From Hypanus sabinus (Eukaryota): a stretch of 64,000 nt of DNA. The notes beneath the pieces were generated by a model. That model was not told the DNA's origin. It worked only from the letters and a program-made list of their open reading frames with translations, and did no database searches. This document shows, piece by piece, positions 47,710-62,009 of the stretch. The DNA lies in contig NC_082717.1 of assembly GCF_030144855.1 (NCBI RefSeq), positions 3,782,001-3,846,000 of the forward strand, written 5' to 3'. Each line of letters begins with the position of its first letter. The first letter of the stretch is position 1. A program made the translations under genes and the position numbers.

Positions 47710-50320
47710 AAGGGTCTTACCATTAATACTATATCCTTCCACTATACTTGACTGACCAAAGTGAACCACTTCACACTTATCTGGGTTGAACTCCATCTAC
47801 CACCTCTTAGCTCAGTTTTGCATCCTATCAACGTCCCACTGTAACCTCTGACGGCCCTCCACACTATCCACAACACCCCCAACCTTTGTGTCATCAGCAA
47901 ATTTACTAACCCATCCCTCCACTTCCTCTTCCAGGTCATTTATAAAAATCACAAAGAGTAAGGGTCCCAGAACAGATCCCTGAGGCACTCCACTGGTGAC
48001 TGACCTCCATGCAGAATATGACCCATCTGCAACCACTCTTTGCCTTCTGTGGGCAAGCCAGTTCTGGATCCACAAAGCAATGTCCCCTTGGATCCCATGC
48101 CTCCTTACTTTCTCAATAAGCCTTGCATGGGGTACCTTATCAAAAGCCATGCTGAAATCCATATACATTGCTTTACCTTCATTAATGCATTTAGACACAT
48201 CCTCAAAAAATTCAATCAAAAATATCTATCCAAGCTTGTTTTAAATATATCTACTGAAGTAGCCTCCATTGCTTCAGTGGGCAGAGAATTCCACAGATTC
48301 ACCATTCTCTGGGAAAAGCAGTTCCTCCTCATCTCCATCTTATATCTACCTCCCCGAATCTTGAGGCTATGTCCCCTTGTTCTAGTCTCACCTACCAGTG
48401 GAAACAACTTTCCTGCCTCTATCTTATCTATCCCTTTCATAATTTTATATGTTCTAAAAGATCTCCTCTCATTCTTCTGAATTCCAGTGAGTACAGTCTC
48501 TGGCGACTCAATCTTTCCTCATAGTCTAATCCCCTTATCTCTGGAATCAATCTGGTCAACCTTCATTGCACCGTCTCCAAAGCCAGTATATCTTCCTTCA
48601 AGTAAGGAGACCAGAACTGCACTCCAGGTGTGGTCTCACCTGTACCCTGTACAGTTGCAGCTAACCTCCCTGATTCTAAATTCAATCCCTCTGGCAATGA
48701 AGGCCAACATTCCATGTGCCGTCTTAATAGCCTGATGCACCTGCAAACTAATTCTTTTGTGATTCATGCATAAGCACTTCCAAGTCCCTCTGCACAGTGA
48801 ATGAGCTCATATTTGCCAACATTGAATTCCATCTGCTAGACCTTTTCTCACTCACTGAACCTATCCATATATCTCTGCAGACTCTCCGTATCTTCTGCAC
48901 AATTTGTTTTTTCACTCAATTTGGTATCATCAGCAAACTTAGATACACTACACTTGCTCTCCTCTTCCAGATCGTTAATCTATATCGTGAACAGTTGCGG
49001 GCCCAACGTCAACCCATGCAGCACACCACTCACTGATTGCCAACCAGAATAACACCCGTATATCCAAACTCTCTGCTTTCTGTTGGGTAACCAATCCTCT
49101 ATCCATGCTAATACATCACCCCCAACTCTATGCATCCTTATCTTATGGATAAGTCTTTTATGCAGCAGCTTATCCAATGCCTTTTGGAAATCCAAGTAAA
49201 TAACGCCCATCTGTTCCCCTTTATCCACTGCACTCATTATATCCTCAAAGAGCTCCATTAAATTTGTCAAACAGGACCTGCCTTTGCTGAATCCATGCTA
49301 CATCTGCCTGATGGATCAATTTCTTTCCAGATACCTCGCTATTTCTTCTTTCATGATAGCTTTAAGCATTTTCCCAACTACAGATGTTAAACTAACTGGC
49401 TTATAGTTGCCTGCCCTTTGCCTACATCTTTTTTTGAAGTGTGGTGTGACATTTGCCATCTTCCAATCTGCTGGGACCTGCTCAGAGTCCGGAGAATTTT
49501 GGTAAATCATCACCAAAGCTTCTACTATAACTTCTGCCATATTTTTCAGTACCCTGGGATGCATTCCATCAGGATCATGGGCTTATCTATCTTCAGGCCC
49601 ACAAGTTTGCTCAGCCTTACCTCCCATTGCACCATAACATCTTTCTTTGGCATATTTGATGTGTACTCCACCATGAAGACCAACACAAAAATATAAAACC
49701 TAGGATGTAACGTTGGGGACTTACAAGGCACTGGTGAGGCCTCATTTGGAGTATGGTGAGCAGTTTTGGGCACCTTATCTAAGAAAGGATGTGCTGACAT
49801 TGAAGAAGTTTCAAAGGAGGCTCACAAAAATGTTTACGGGATTGAAAGGCTTATCACATGAGAAGTGTTTAGTGGCTGTAGGCCTGTATTCACTGGAATT
49901 CAGGATGAGGGAGAGATCTCATTGAAACCTACCGAATGATGAAAGGCAGCGATAAAGTGGGTGTGGAGAGGATGTTTCCTATGTTTCCTCTGGTGAGGGA
50001 GTCTAAGACCAGAGCACACAGCCTCAGAATAGAGAGTCGTCCAATTAGAACAGAGATGAGGAGGGATTTTTTTAACTAGAGAGTGGAGAATCTGTGTACT
50101 TTGTTGCCACAGGCAGCTGTGGTGCCCAAGTCATTGGATATATTTAAGGAAGAGGTTGATAGATTCTTGATGAGTCAGGGCATGAAGGATACTTGGACAT
50201 GAATCACATGATCCGGGCTGAGAGGGAAATTGGATCAGCCATGATGAAATCCTGGAGCAGACCTCATGGGCCAAAAGGCCTAATTCTGCCCCTATATCTT
50301 ACCTTATGGTCTTACTCATG
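47710..50320. mobile_element. CR1 fragments (- 47710-48220; - 48220-49570; + 49710-50320)
   Basis: RT motifs in ORF track 47812-48219, 48980-49564 and 49713-49925. Confidence 0.88.
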
Positions 50321-51601
50321 ACATAAAACATTAGCCAAACTGTGGATCACATTAAAACACTGAAATGGTATTCAGATTCTTGTTCTGGGGTGACTTTGGA
50401 GAATACTGACAGACACCTCTTCATGGGGTTCCATCTCCTGGAATGAGGACTGACCGTCTGTTAAATAGTTCACCTATCCTCACAGGTTAAGGTTTGTGCT
50501 GCACCTTGTCACACATAATATCAGAATCCGGTGATTCTTGGACAATCATTATTAATGCCTGCACTATCTCTTCAACTAACTCTTTCAGAACTCTGGAGTG
50601 TAATCCATCTGCTCCAGATGGCTTACCTCCAGTACCTTCAGACTCCTCAGCATCTTCTCCTTAATGGCAATGAAAATCCCTTCGGCCCCCTGACACTTAC
50701 GCATTTCTGGCATTTTGCTAGTGTCTTCCACAGAGAAGACAGATGCATTTGTTTGTCCCCATTACTACTTCTCCACCATCATTTTCCAGCAGTCTGATAT
50801 CCACTCTATCTTTTCCGTAAGTTTCATCCGTAAATATCAGAAAAAAACTTTTTGTATTATCTTTTATATTATTAGCTAGCTTACCTTCATATTTCATCTT
50901 TCCTCTCTTTATGAATTTCTTAGTTGATTCTGTTGGTTTTTAACATCTTCCCAATCCTTTTCCTTCCCACTAATTTCCATTCCATTATATGCCCTCTCTT
51001 CTGCATTTATGCTGTCTTTGACTTATCTTGTCAGCCATGGTTGCCTCATCTTCCCTTCTTCATCTTTGGGATGTATCTTTCCATAAGACCACAATACCAT
51101 AAGACATAGGAGCAGAAGTGGACCATTCAGCCCATCGAGTCTGCTTTGCCATTCAATCATGGGATGATCCAATTTTTCCAGTCATCCCCACTCCCCTGCC
51201 TTCTCTCCACACCCTTTGATGCCCTGGCTAACCAAGAACCTATTTATCTCTGTCTTAAATGCACCCAATGACTTGGCCTCCACAGCTGCATGTGGCAACA
51301 AATTCCACAGATTTACCACCCTCTGACTAAAGTAATTTCTCCGCATCTCTGTTTTAAATGGACGTCCTTTGATCCTGAAGTCCTGCCATCTTGTCCTAGA
51401 ATTCCCTACCATGGGAAATAATTTTGCCAAATCTATTCTGTTCAGGCCTTTTAACATTTGGAATATTTCTATGATATCCCCCCTCACTCTCCTGAACTCC
51501 AGGGAATACAGCCCGAGAGCTGCCAGACATTCCTCATACAGTAACCCTTTCATTCCTGAAATCATTCTTGTGAATCTTCTCTGAACTTTCTCCAATGTCA
51601 G

Positions 51602-52211
51602 TGTAGCATCCGTGCCCCCAATTTACCCCTGTATGCCTAGGATGAACTGCCGTCGCCCCACCAATAGTGCAATACTTCGGCGTAAATACGGCATAATGCC
51701 CCCCCCCCAGTACACACTTGCAACACAAATACCAGACAATACCCCAAAGGCGAGTAAATAATTGCAGCTTTATAGTTATTTCTTGGTGATAGGTTATCTG
51801 TTAGTAGAAACAGATAACCTAAAGGTGCCAAATCAATAAGTTTATCAGTTTGTGCACATAATATTTTAATACATTGGAGCTCACGCCTCCGGTTCGATCC
51901 ACAACGACCTTCTGAGCCTTCGGCCACCGTGCGAACCGCCGACGTCCAGTATCCGCTGCCCTGGAACCGCTGTCCGTTCCTCACACATTCGTCCTCCTCT
52001 TGCATTCCGAAAAAGACCACAAACTCCTGCTCAGCTTACACATACAAGATAGCGTAACAATTCTCCATTGGCTAGTTCCCCCCTTATCTGCAGTCATAAC
52101 ACAAACATTCAGGATATAGAAACCCATTACAGCATTAAGTAACATTACAGAGGAGCCATTTTGTTAGCCTGAACAGTTAACACCACAGTTACTGGTACTG
52201 AGAGCCCTACA
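51602..52211. mobile_element. Solo LTR, 610 bp, TGTAG...CTACA, 4-bp TSD TCAG
   Basis: TSD at 51598-51601 and 52212-52215; 5-bp inverted termini; CpGs well preserved, suggesting a young insertion. Confidence 0.9.
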
Positions 52212-52215
52212 TCAG

Positions 52216-52229
52216 ATAGATTGATAGAC

Positions 52230-52277
<48 letters not shown>

Positions 52278-52440
52278 TATTCATCCCCAAGGGGAAATAC
52301 AACATTTTTCCAGTGTCCCATACACTTATTGTAGCAAAACTAATTACATACAGTATTTAACTCAGTATAAATATGACATGCATCTAAAATCACCCTCCCA
52401 AAAAGCATTAATAAATAGCTTTTAAAAAGTTCTTAAATAG
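52216..52440 (-). mobile_element. Short LINE 3' tail (Rex1-like) with (GATA)n microsatellite (~52214-52276)
   Basis: (gata)n followed by ttattcatccccaaggggaaat; iterated cagtata micro-duplications at the far junction. Confidence 0.6.
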
Positions 52441-55214
52441 TATATTTAGTATATCCTTTCAGTATATCAGTATAATCAGTATATCCTTTCCAAAATAAGG
52501 AGCCCAAAATTGCGCACGGTATTCCAAGTGTGATCTCACGAGTGCCTCATAGAGCCTTGACATCTCATCTCTGCTCTTATATTCTATACCTCTAGAAATG
52601 AATGCCAACATTGCATTCACCTTCTTCACCACCGACTCAAACCTGGAGGTTAACCTTTAGGGTATCCAGCACAAAGACTTCCAAGACCCTTTGCATCTCT
52701 GCGTTTTGAATTCTCTCCCCATCTAAATAACAGTCTGCCCTTTTATTTCTTCCACCAAAGTGCATGACCACACACTTTCACACATTGTATTTCATTTGCC
52801 ACTTCTTTGCCCATTCCCTGAAACTATCCAAGTCTCTCTGCAGGCTCTCTATTTCCTCAACACTACCCGCTCCTCCACCTATTTTTGTATCATCAGCAAA
52901 TTTAGCCACAAATCCAAAATCCCATAGTCTACATCATTGACATGCATGGTAAAAAGCAGTGGTCCCAACACCGACCCCTGTGGAACTCCACTGGTAACCA
53001 GCAGCCAGCCAGAATAGGATCTCTCTAGTTCCACTCACTATTTTCTGCCAATCAGCCAATGCTCAACGCATGCTAGTAACTTCCTTGTAATTCCGTGGGC
53101 TGTTATCTTGCTAAGCAGCCTGTCATGCGGCACCTTATCAAAGGCCTTCTGAATATCCAAGTACACCACATCTACTGCATTTCTTTTGTTTACCCTGCTT
53201 GTAATTTCCTCAAAAAATTGCAGTAAATTAGTCAGGAAACCATGCTGGCTTGGGCCTATCTTGTCATGTGCCTCCAGGTAATCCATAATCTCATCTCTAA
53301 CAATCGATTCCAACAACTTCCCAACCACTGATGTCAGGCTAACAGGTCTATAGTTTCCTTTCTGCTGTCTCCTACCCTCCTTAAATAGCAGAGTAACATT
53401 TGCAATTTTCTAGTCATCCGGTAAATGCCAGAATCTACTGATTCTTGAAAGATCATCGTTAATGCCTTTGCAATTTCTCCAGCTGCTTCCTTCAGAACCT
53501 GAGGGTGTATTTCATCAGGTCCAGGAGATTTATCTACCCTCAGACCATTAAGCTTCCCGAGCAACTTCTCAGTCATAATTTGCACTTCACAAACTTCACT
53601 TCCCTGAAACACTTCAATGTCTGGTATACTGCAGATGTCTTCCACTGTGAAGACTGATGCAAAATACTCATTCAGTTCCTCTGCCATCTCTGCGTCTCTC
53701 ATTATAATATCTCCAGTATCATTTTCTATTGGACCTTTAACTTATTGCCCTCACTTTTGCTTTTACTTTGGCTTTGACTTCACTTGTCAGCCATGGTAGT
53801 GTCCTTCTTCCCTTTGAAAATGTCTTCTTATTTGGAATATATCTGTCTTGTACCTCCCTCATTTTTCAAGAAACTCCAGTCATTGCTCCTCTGCTGTCTT
53901 TCCTGCAAATGTCCCTTTCCAGTCAACTTTGGCCAGTTCCCCTCTCATGCCATTGTAATTTCCTTTATTCCACTGAAACACCGACACATTGGATTTTATT
54001 TTTTCCCTCTCAGATTTCAATGTGAACTCAATGACATTGTGATCTCTGTTCCCAAAGGGTTCCTTAGCCTTAAGCTGTCTTATCACCTCTGGATCATTGC
54101 ACAACACCCAATCCAGCACAGCTGATCCCCTAGTGGTCTCAACAACAAGCTGTTCTAAAAAACCAAACCTTAGACATTCTGCAAATTCTCTCTCTTGAGG
54201 CCCAGTACTGGCCTGGTTTTCCCAATCCACTTTCACGTTAAAATCCCCGATTATCATGACATTGCCCTTCTGACACACCCTTTTATCTCCTGCTGTAACT
54301 TGTAATCCACATCCTGGCTGCTGTTTGGAGGCCTGTATACAACTGCCATTAGGGTCCTTTTACCCTTGCCATTTCTGAACTCAACCCACAGAGACTCTAC
54401 AGCTTCCAATCTTATGTCATTTCTTTCTAATGATCTGATATTATTTCTTATTCACAGGGCCAAACCACCCCCTCTGCCTACTAACCAATCTTTCTGGTGC
54501 ACCGTATATCCTTGGATGTTCAGCTCCCAATGGCAGCCATCCTTTAGCCAAGCTTCAGAGATGGCCACAATGTCATATTTACCAATTTGTAGCTGAATTT
54601 CAAGATCGTCCATTTTATTCTTTATGCTGTGTGCATTCAAATATAACACTTGAAGTCCAGTATTTGTTGCTTTCTGTTTTAACTGCACCACACCTCTATT
54701 GCCCTGTAACTCATCCCACTGGCTGTGATTAAACCTCTTGTCCTGCCTGTTCTTTCTATCATCTCTGTTGCATGTTATCTTTGATTTATTTCTGTTTTCC
54801 CCTTCCTCAGCCCTATCACCCCAGTTCCCATCCCCCTTACAAATTAGTTTAAACCCTCCCTAACAGCTCTATTAAACCTGCCTGCTAGGATGTTGGACCC
54901 CTTTTGGTTTCGATGTCCTTTCTGTACAGGTTGTACCTCCCCCGGAAGAGGCCCCCTAGATCCAGGAATCTGAAGCTCCGCTCCCTACACCAGTCACTCA
55001 GCCACACCTGATCATGCACCTGATAATACGCCTGAAGTGCCAGCGACCCAACGGCTGTGGTCGTCCTCTGTCAGGTCACCTCCCCCACCCCCCCCCAACA
55101 GCAGCCAAAACGAGTTAACGATTACTGAGGGGGATGGCCACAGGGGTGTTCTCTACTATCTGAGCTCTTCCAATCCCTTCCCTGACAGTCACCCACTTAC
55201 CTAACTTCTGTGTT

Positions 55215-55458
55215 GGTGCGTGGCCAAGTGGTTAAGGCGTTGGTCTAGTGATCTGAAGGTTGCTAGTTCGAGTCTCAGCTGAGGCAGCCTGTTGTGTCTT
55301 TGAGCGAGGCACTTAACCACACATTGCTCTGTGACGACACCGGTGCCAAGCTGCATTGGCCTAGTGCCCTTCCCCTGGACATCAGTAGCGTGGGGAGGGG
55401 AGACTTGCAGCATGGGTAACTGCCGGTCTTCCATACAACCTTTCCCAGGCCTCCGTCA
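55215..55458 (+). mobile_element. tRNA(Thr)-like-headed SINE with CORE-like domain
   Basis: A box TGGCCAAGTGG, loop CTAGTGA (AGT anticodon position), B box GTTCGAGT; then gtgtctttgagcgaggcacttaacc, resembling the CORE-SINE domain. Confidence 0.78.
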
Positions 55459-56669
55459 ACAGTGAAATTGATGGACGTCTAACTCCTGCAGCCTCGGGGT
55501 GACTAACTCCCTGTAGCTTCTATCTATCGATCTCCTGCTCACTTTCCCTAATAAGCTGTAGGTCTTCAAGACACAGCTGAAGCTGCATCTCGGTGAGCCT
55601 GGGGCAGATGATGCCATCTGGGAGTCTGGAAGAGTCCCTGGATTTCCACATCTGACATCCAGAGCAAAGCACTAACCCTACAGACTTGCTCTCTATTCCT
55701 CAAAAAATGCAAGGAAAAGATGAAGTCCACTTCCCCACTTACCTCGCCGAAGCCTGCATGAGCCAAAGCCCCACCATCTTGCCTCAGACCACTCCGTCGA
55801 TGACCCCTCCGCTAGGCAGTGTCTCTCTTTTATGCCTATACCTTCTCTGCTCTCCAACACACAACTGGTGCTCTAGTTATAGCTGAGTTCCTAAGAAGCT
55901 TTTCCCTCTTAAACTTTGCTCCCGGACCTGTGCGCCACCTCCTCCCTTGTAGCTCTCCAACTCACGATTGGTGCACTTGTTACAGCTGAGTTCCCTCGAA
56001 GCTTTCCCTTTTTAAACATCATTCCTGGACCTCCTCTCTCGTAGCTCTCCAACTCACTTTACTGCGTCTTCTGAATTTCCTTCAGAAGCTCCAGCCATTG
56101 CTGCTCTGCTGTCTTCCCTGCTAATGTCCCCTTTCAATCAACTTTGGCCAGCTCTTCTCTTATGCTTCTGTAATTCCCCTTACTCTATTGTAATATCAAT
56201 GCATCTGGCCTTAGTTTCTCCTGCTCAAACTGTATGGTAAATGCTCTCATTTGATGATCACTGCCTTTCAAGGGTTCCTTTACCTTAAACTTCTTCATCA
56301 AATCTCGGTCATTACATAACATCAAATCCAGAATTGCCATTCCCCTTGTGGGGTCAATCCAAGCTACTCTAAAAAGCTTTCTCTGAAGCATTTTAGCAAA
56401 TTCCTTCTTTGGATCCAGCACCAACCTAATTCTCCCAATCTACCTGCGTAATGAAAACCACTATGATTATTGTAACATTGCCTTTTTTACATTCTTTTCT
56501 ATCTCAATCTGTAATTTGTAGCCCACATCGTGACTATTGCTTCGAGGCCTGTATATTACTCCCATCAGTCTTTTTACCTTTGCAGTTTCTAACTCTACCC
56601 ACAAAGGATTCTACATTTTCCAATCCTATGTCACCTCTTTCTAAGGATTTGATTTACTTTTTTTTTAAC

Positions 56670-57411
56670 CATAATGCTCTGGTTAAGGTCTTTACTGCTA
56701 TGCTGTAGGCATTTCGTTTTAGCAGTTCTGTAAGAGCAGTCTCAGTCTATTCTGCTTTTAGCATGTTTGGGTTTGAGCTAAAGAAAAGGGGCTATGATGT
56801 TCAAATTAGGAATGTGGTGTCAGCCATTCAGGATGGTGGAATTGGGAGAAGGTTCTGGAGAACGTTGGGTGGGCACTGCTGTGGTTCAAGGTCTTTTTGG
56901 TGGTTGCTGGGAGAAGACAGGAAAGAAGATGGCCGACCCTGTTGCACAAGCTGCTTTGTGCTTCAAGGAGGAAGGACCAATACTCCTGTGGGGGAGACTG
57001 TTTGTTCAAGGTGGATTTTGAATGACATTTCACACAAACCGTGGGTCCAGCAAGTGAATTAAAGACAACTTCAAGATGACCTTCAGCTTAAGTGCACATT
57101 TGGATTGGGCAAACTGAAACTGGCCTTTAAACATTTTTTACTTTCCTTTTTCCCTACTAACTGTTCAATAAAGTTGAAAGTTGTAAATATACTTTCTTGA
57201 TAATTGTATGCAGCGTACGATCTGTTATCTCTTGCTAATGGGTAATTGCAATGGGCAGCATTTACACAGTATTTGCTCAGAGTAGAGTGAGGTGTTTGAA
57301 ACATCCTGGCTCTCCCGGGATGGTGAGACCCAAGTCATACCGAGCATAGACGTATGGAGTTCGAGCAAGGTTTTCTCACTGCTGAGTCCATGGGTTTGCT
57401 AGCTCATTACA
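56670..57411 (+). mobile_element. Solo LTR related to 28668-29453
   Basis: Shared blocks (aggaatgtggtgtcagcca.tcaggatggtggaattgggagaaggttctgg; ttcaaggaggaaggaccaat; tttgttcaaggtggattttga); AATAAA at ~57167; ends TTACA; no TSD found. Confidence 0.7.
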
Positions 57412-59745
57412 ATAGCATTGGAGAGAGATAGGAACAGACAAGTTAGAAAAGCTTTTCATTGGAGTAAGGGGAATTATGAGGCTATCAGGCAGGAATTTGG
57501 AAGCTTGAATTAGAAGCAGATGTTCTCAGGGAAAAGTACGGAAGAAATGTGGTAAATGTTCAGGGAATATTTGCATAGGTACGTTCCAATGAGACAGGGA
57601 AGCTATGGTAAGCTATGGAAGCTATGATGTCTTCCTTTTTTAAACAAAGGGACTTCCCTTCGTCCACCATCAACTCTGCTCTCAAACGCATCTCTCCCAT
57701 TTCCCGCACATCTGCACTGTAAGGTACAGGAACCGCGGTGTACAAAGGTTGTAATAAATCTAATCAAGAAGAAAAGCTTACACAAGGTTCAGACAGCTAG
57801 GTAATGTTAGAGATCTAGAAGATTATAAGGCTAATAGGAAGGCGCTTAAGAAGGAAATTAGGAGAGCCGGAAGGGGCCATGAGAAGACCTTGGTGGGCAG
57901 CATTAAGGAAAACCCCAAGGCATTCTACAAGTATATGAAGAGCAAGAGGATAAGATGTGAAAGAATAGGACCTAACAAGTGTGAAAGTGGGAAAGTGTGC
58001 ATGGAACCAGAGGAAATAGCAGAAGTACTTAATGAATACTTCAGTATTCACTATGGAAAAGGATCTTGGTGATTGTAGTGACAACTTGCAGCTGACTGAA
58101 AAGCTTGAGCATGTAGATATTAAGAAAGAGGATGTGCTGGAGCTTTTGGAAAGCATCAAGTTGGATAAGTTGCTGGGACCGGACAAGATGTACCCCAGGC
58201 TACTGTGGGAGGTGAGGGAGGAGATTGCTGAGCCTCTGGTGATGATCTTTGCATCATCAATGGGGACGGGAGAGGTTCTGGAGAGATTGGATGGTTGCAG
58301 ATGTTGTTCCTTTATTCAAGAAAGGGAGTAGAGATAGCCCAGGATATTTTTGACCAGTGAGTCTTACCTCAGTGGTTGGTAAGCTGATGGAGAAGATCCT
58401 GTGAGGCAGGATTTATGAACATTTGGAGAAGTATAATATGATTAGGAATAGTCAGCATGGCTTTGTCAAGGGCAGGTCGTGCCTTATGAGCCTGATTGAA
58501 TTTTTTGAGGATTTGACTAGACACATTGATGATCTCTATTTTCCAGTCCTAATGAAGGGTCTGGGCCTAAAACATCAACTGTTTACTCTTTTTCAAAGAT
58601 GCTGCCTGGCCTGCTGAGTCCCTCCAGCATTTTGTGTGTGTTACTTTGATTTCCAGCATGTGCAGATTTTTTCTTGTTTATGACACTCCTTACAGATGTG
58701 CTTTGGACCTGGTGTTGCGTAATGAGCCTGGTCAGGTGACTGACCTTTCAGTGGGTGAACAGTTAGGGAACAGACCACAACTCCTTAACTTACAGGATAG
58801 TGAAAGATAAGGATAGAAACGTAGAAAACCTACAGCACAATACAGGCCCTTCAGCCCATAATGTTGTGCTGAACATGTATTCACTTTAGAAATTACCTCA
58901 GGTTATCCATAACCCTCTATTTTTCTAAGCTCCAAGTACTTATCTAGGAGCCTCCTAGAAGACCTTATTGTATCCACTTCCACTACTATTGTTGGCAGCC
59001 CATTCCACACACTCACCACTTTCTGTGTTAAAAACTTACCCCTGACATCTCCTCTGTACCTACTTCCAAGCACCTTAAAAATGTGTCCTCTCATGCTAGC
59101 CATTTCAGCCCTGGGAAAAAGCCTCTGGCTATCCACATGATCAAGGCCTCCCATCATCTTATACATCTTTATCAGGTCACCTCAAATCCTCCGTTGCTCC
59201 AAGGAGAAAAGGCCAAGTTCACTCAACCCATTCTCGTAAAGCATGCTCACCAATCCAGGCAACGTCTTTGTAAATCTCCTCTGCACCCTTTGTATGGTTT
59301 CCACATCCTTCCTATAGTGAGGCGACCAGAACTGAGCACAGTACTCCAAGTGGGGTCTGACCAGGGTCCTATGTAGCTGTAACATTACATCTCGGCTCGT
59401 AAACTCAATCCCATGGTTGATGAAGGACAATACACCATACGCTTTCTTAACCACACTATCAACCTGCGCAGCTGCTTTGAGCGTCCTATGGACATGGAAC
59501 CCAAGATCCCTCTGATCCTCCACACTGCCAAGAGTCTTGCCATTAATACTATATTCTGCTATCATATTTGACCTACCAAAGGGAACCACCTCACACTTAT
59601 CTGGGTTGAACTCCATCTGCCACTTCTCAGCCCCTTTTTGCACTGATGCCCTGCTGTAACGTCTGACAGCCCTCCACACTATCCACAACACCTCCAACCT
59701 TTGTGTCATCAGTAAGCTTACTAACCCATCCCTGCACTCCCTCAC
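57412..59745. mobile_element. CR1 ORF2 fragments (+ 57412-58530 with PLE scraps; - 58815-59745)
   Basis: ENPKAFYKY, EIAEPLVMIF, QHGFVKGRSC; minus strand QFNPDKCEV, VRPHLEYCAQFWSP. Confidence 0.88.
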
Positions 59746-60293
59746 CAGGTAGGTATGGTACTTGTGGGAAAGCTCTAAATTGGAGCAGGCATTAGGCTAG
59801 AACTAAGAAGCATTCATTGGGAATGCCTTTTCTCTGGTGTGTCCATCAGGCAAGTGGAGAGTGTTTAAAGATAAATTGCACGGAGTACAGGAAAGGTATG
59901 CTCCTGTTGGAAGGAAAGACAGCGATGGCCCAGAGAGGCGAAGAATTCAGTCAAGAAAAAAAGGAAAAGAATGTAAAGCCTCAGAAGTCATTGTCAAACA
60001 AAACACATGAGGAGTATTAAGAAGTCAGAAAAGAACTAAGAAAGGAAAAGCTGGGAGGGGCCATGAAAAGACCTTGGCAAGTAGGATGAAGGTGAATCGC
60101 AAGGCATTTTATACATACATCGAGAGCAAAAAGGTTACATGGGAGAGGATGGGACCACTCAAGCGTAACGAAAGGTAACATTTTCTTGGATTCGGAGAAT
60201 GTGAGTGAGGTAGTTAATGAATACTTTGCTTCAGTGCTTACCAAGGAAAAGGATTTGGATGGCAGGGGGACCAGAGCTGAGTTTATAAATAAG

Positions 60294-60925
60294 TGAAGCC
60301 CCTGGTTCCCTTGGCTGCGTAAGTCTAGGGAAGACAACCTCCAGCCCACCAAACTCGGGAGACTGAGGCGCACTCAATCCCACCCCAAACCCCGGTTTGT
60401 GTGGATGCTATGTTATTTGCTACTCTGTTACAAATTAATGCCATGAAATGACTTTACACGGTATACGATTAAAGGTATTTTATTTATGAATCTTAACTAA
60501 AAGTTAGTAAAGAATAACAAAAAGGAAAGTGCCCATTCTAATTAAATAGTCAAACGTGCACAAGTTGGAACTCTCTGTCACTCACACGCTGGGCCCTCGG
60601 TCAACGTGAAAGCACACACCACCTTCCAAACATCGCTCGCAATCCATCTCGAACAAACGGGTCTCCAACCGGATCATGCTACGACCGGTTTTCTCCAGTG
60701 TCTTCTCTCTCCATCTCCTCTCGAACAAAAGCCCCAAGCCCAGCCTTAGTGTCCCTCACCAGAGAAACCTCCCCTTAATCCGACCATCCTAATCGGATGG
60801 CAGACATTCATCATCTCTTGTCTTCAACAGTAACCCAAACAAACTGAAAACAGAAGTCTACTCGTACAGAGCTGCCAAAATAAATACATACAGCATAACA
60901 GTAAAGATACGAACCAGGGCATTGG
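60294..60925 (-). mobile_element. Solo LTR inserted in a plus-strand CR1 (59760-61830)
   Basis: TSD ATAAG at 60289-60293 and 60926-60930; subterminal inverted repeat CCCTGGTTC...GAACCAGGG; minus-strand AATAAA at ~60482; the host reading continues across the insertion. Confidence 0.8.
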
Positions 60926-61074
60926 ATAAGTTAAGGCATTTGGAGGTCAAGGAGGAGGAAGTGTTGGGCCTCCTAATGAGTATTGAGGTGGATATGTCCC
61001 CAGGGCCTGATGAGATTTACACCAGTTTATTGAAGGAGGCAAGAGACAAGGTTGCTGGGGCCTTGAACGGTTTC

Positions 61075-61300
61075 GTTGTGTCAGCCGGTTGTCAGCCTTG
61101 AACAATATCAGACTTTGAGACAATTGTTCTAGGGTTCAAATCCAGCTGGCTCCTTGCATGGTTTCCATCTGTGCTTGGCTGAGTGCCGAGCTCACAACTC
61201 GTCCTCATAAAAAACAGGTAAATGCTAAGGAAATGGCCAGGATGCCACCCAGTGTGCCACAAGGTGCAAAAAAGGAACAGCAACTCCAGGAGGCAAGAGA
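61075..61300 (+). mobile_element. Probable tRNA-derived SINE
   Basis: B-box-like GGGTTCAAATCC; interrupts a CR1. Confidence 0.45.
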
Positions 61301-62009
61301 GAAGAATACTAATCCCTTGTCCAGTACCTTAGTGTCCTCTCGAGCCACAGGTGAAGTCCTGGAAGACTGGAAGTTGCTCATGTACCTCTATTTAAGAAGG
61401 GAACAAGGGAAAATACTGGCAGCTATGGACCAGTGAGTCTCACATCTGTTGTCAGGAAATTTCTGGAGAAAATTCCCAGAGATAGGATATATGATCCACG
61501 AGCAATGGCCTAATTAGGGAGAGCCAGCATGGTTTTGTGAGGGGCAACTTGATTGAGCTCTTTGACAAGAGAGACTGATGAGGGTAGGGATTGAGGTGAC
61601 AAGAGAGCCTGATGAGGGTAAGGAAGTGGATGTTGTCTACATGGATTTCACAATGGCATTCAACAAAGTTGCTCGTGGAAGGCTAATCCAGGGGATTAAG
61701 TTGCATGGGGTCCAAACTGGCTGTTGGGATTCAAAACTGTCTTGCACATAGAAGACAGAGCATTGAGGTTGAAGGGACTTATTCAAACTGGAAGTCTGTA
61801 GTTAGTGGAGATCCTCAGGGATCTGTGCTGGGACAGAATATGACCTGTCTATGACCACTCTTTGCCTTCTGTGGGCACACCAGTTCTGGACCCCCTGTCT
61901 CCTTACTTTCTCAATAAGCTTTGCATGGGGTACCTTATCAAATGCCTTGCTGAAATTCATATACACTGCATCTACAGCTCTTCCTTCATCAATGTGTTTA
62001 GTCAAATGG

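Larger units (their letters stand above)
51080..56050 (-). mobile_element. Old full-length CR1 with three nested insertions (solo LTR, Rex1-type tail, SINE)
   Basis: 3' end 51080-51601, resuming at ~52446; RT 53038-53702; EN 53880-54691; ORF1 remnants 54850-55750; 5'UTR to ~56050. Confidence 0.85.

Noticed and set aside
55215-55290. tRNA-Thr gene
   Set aside because: Acceptor and anticodon stems do not pair properly, there is no poly-T terminator, and it continues into a SINE body.
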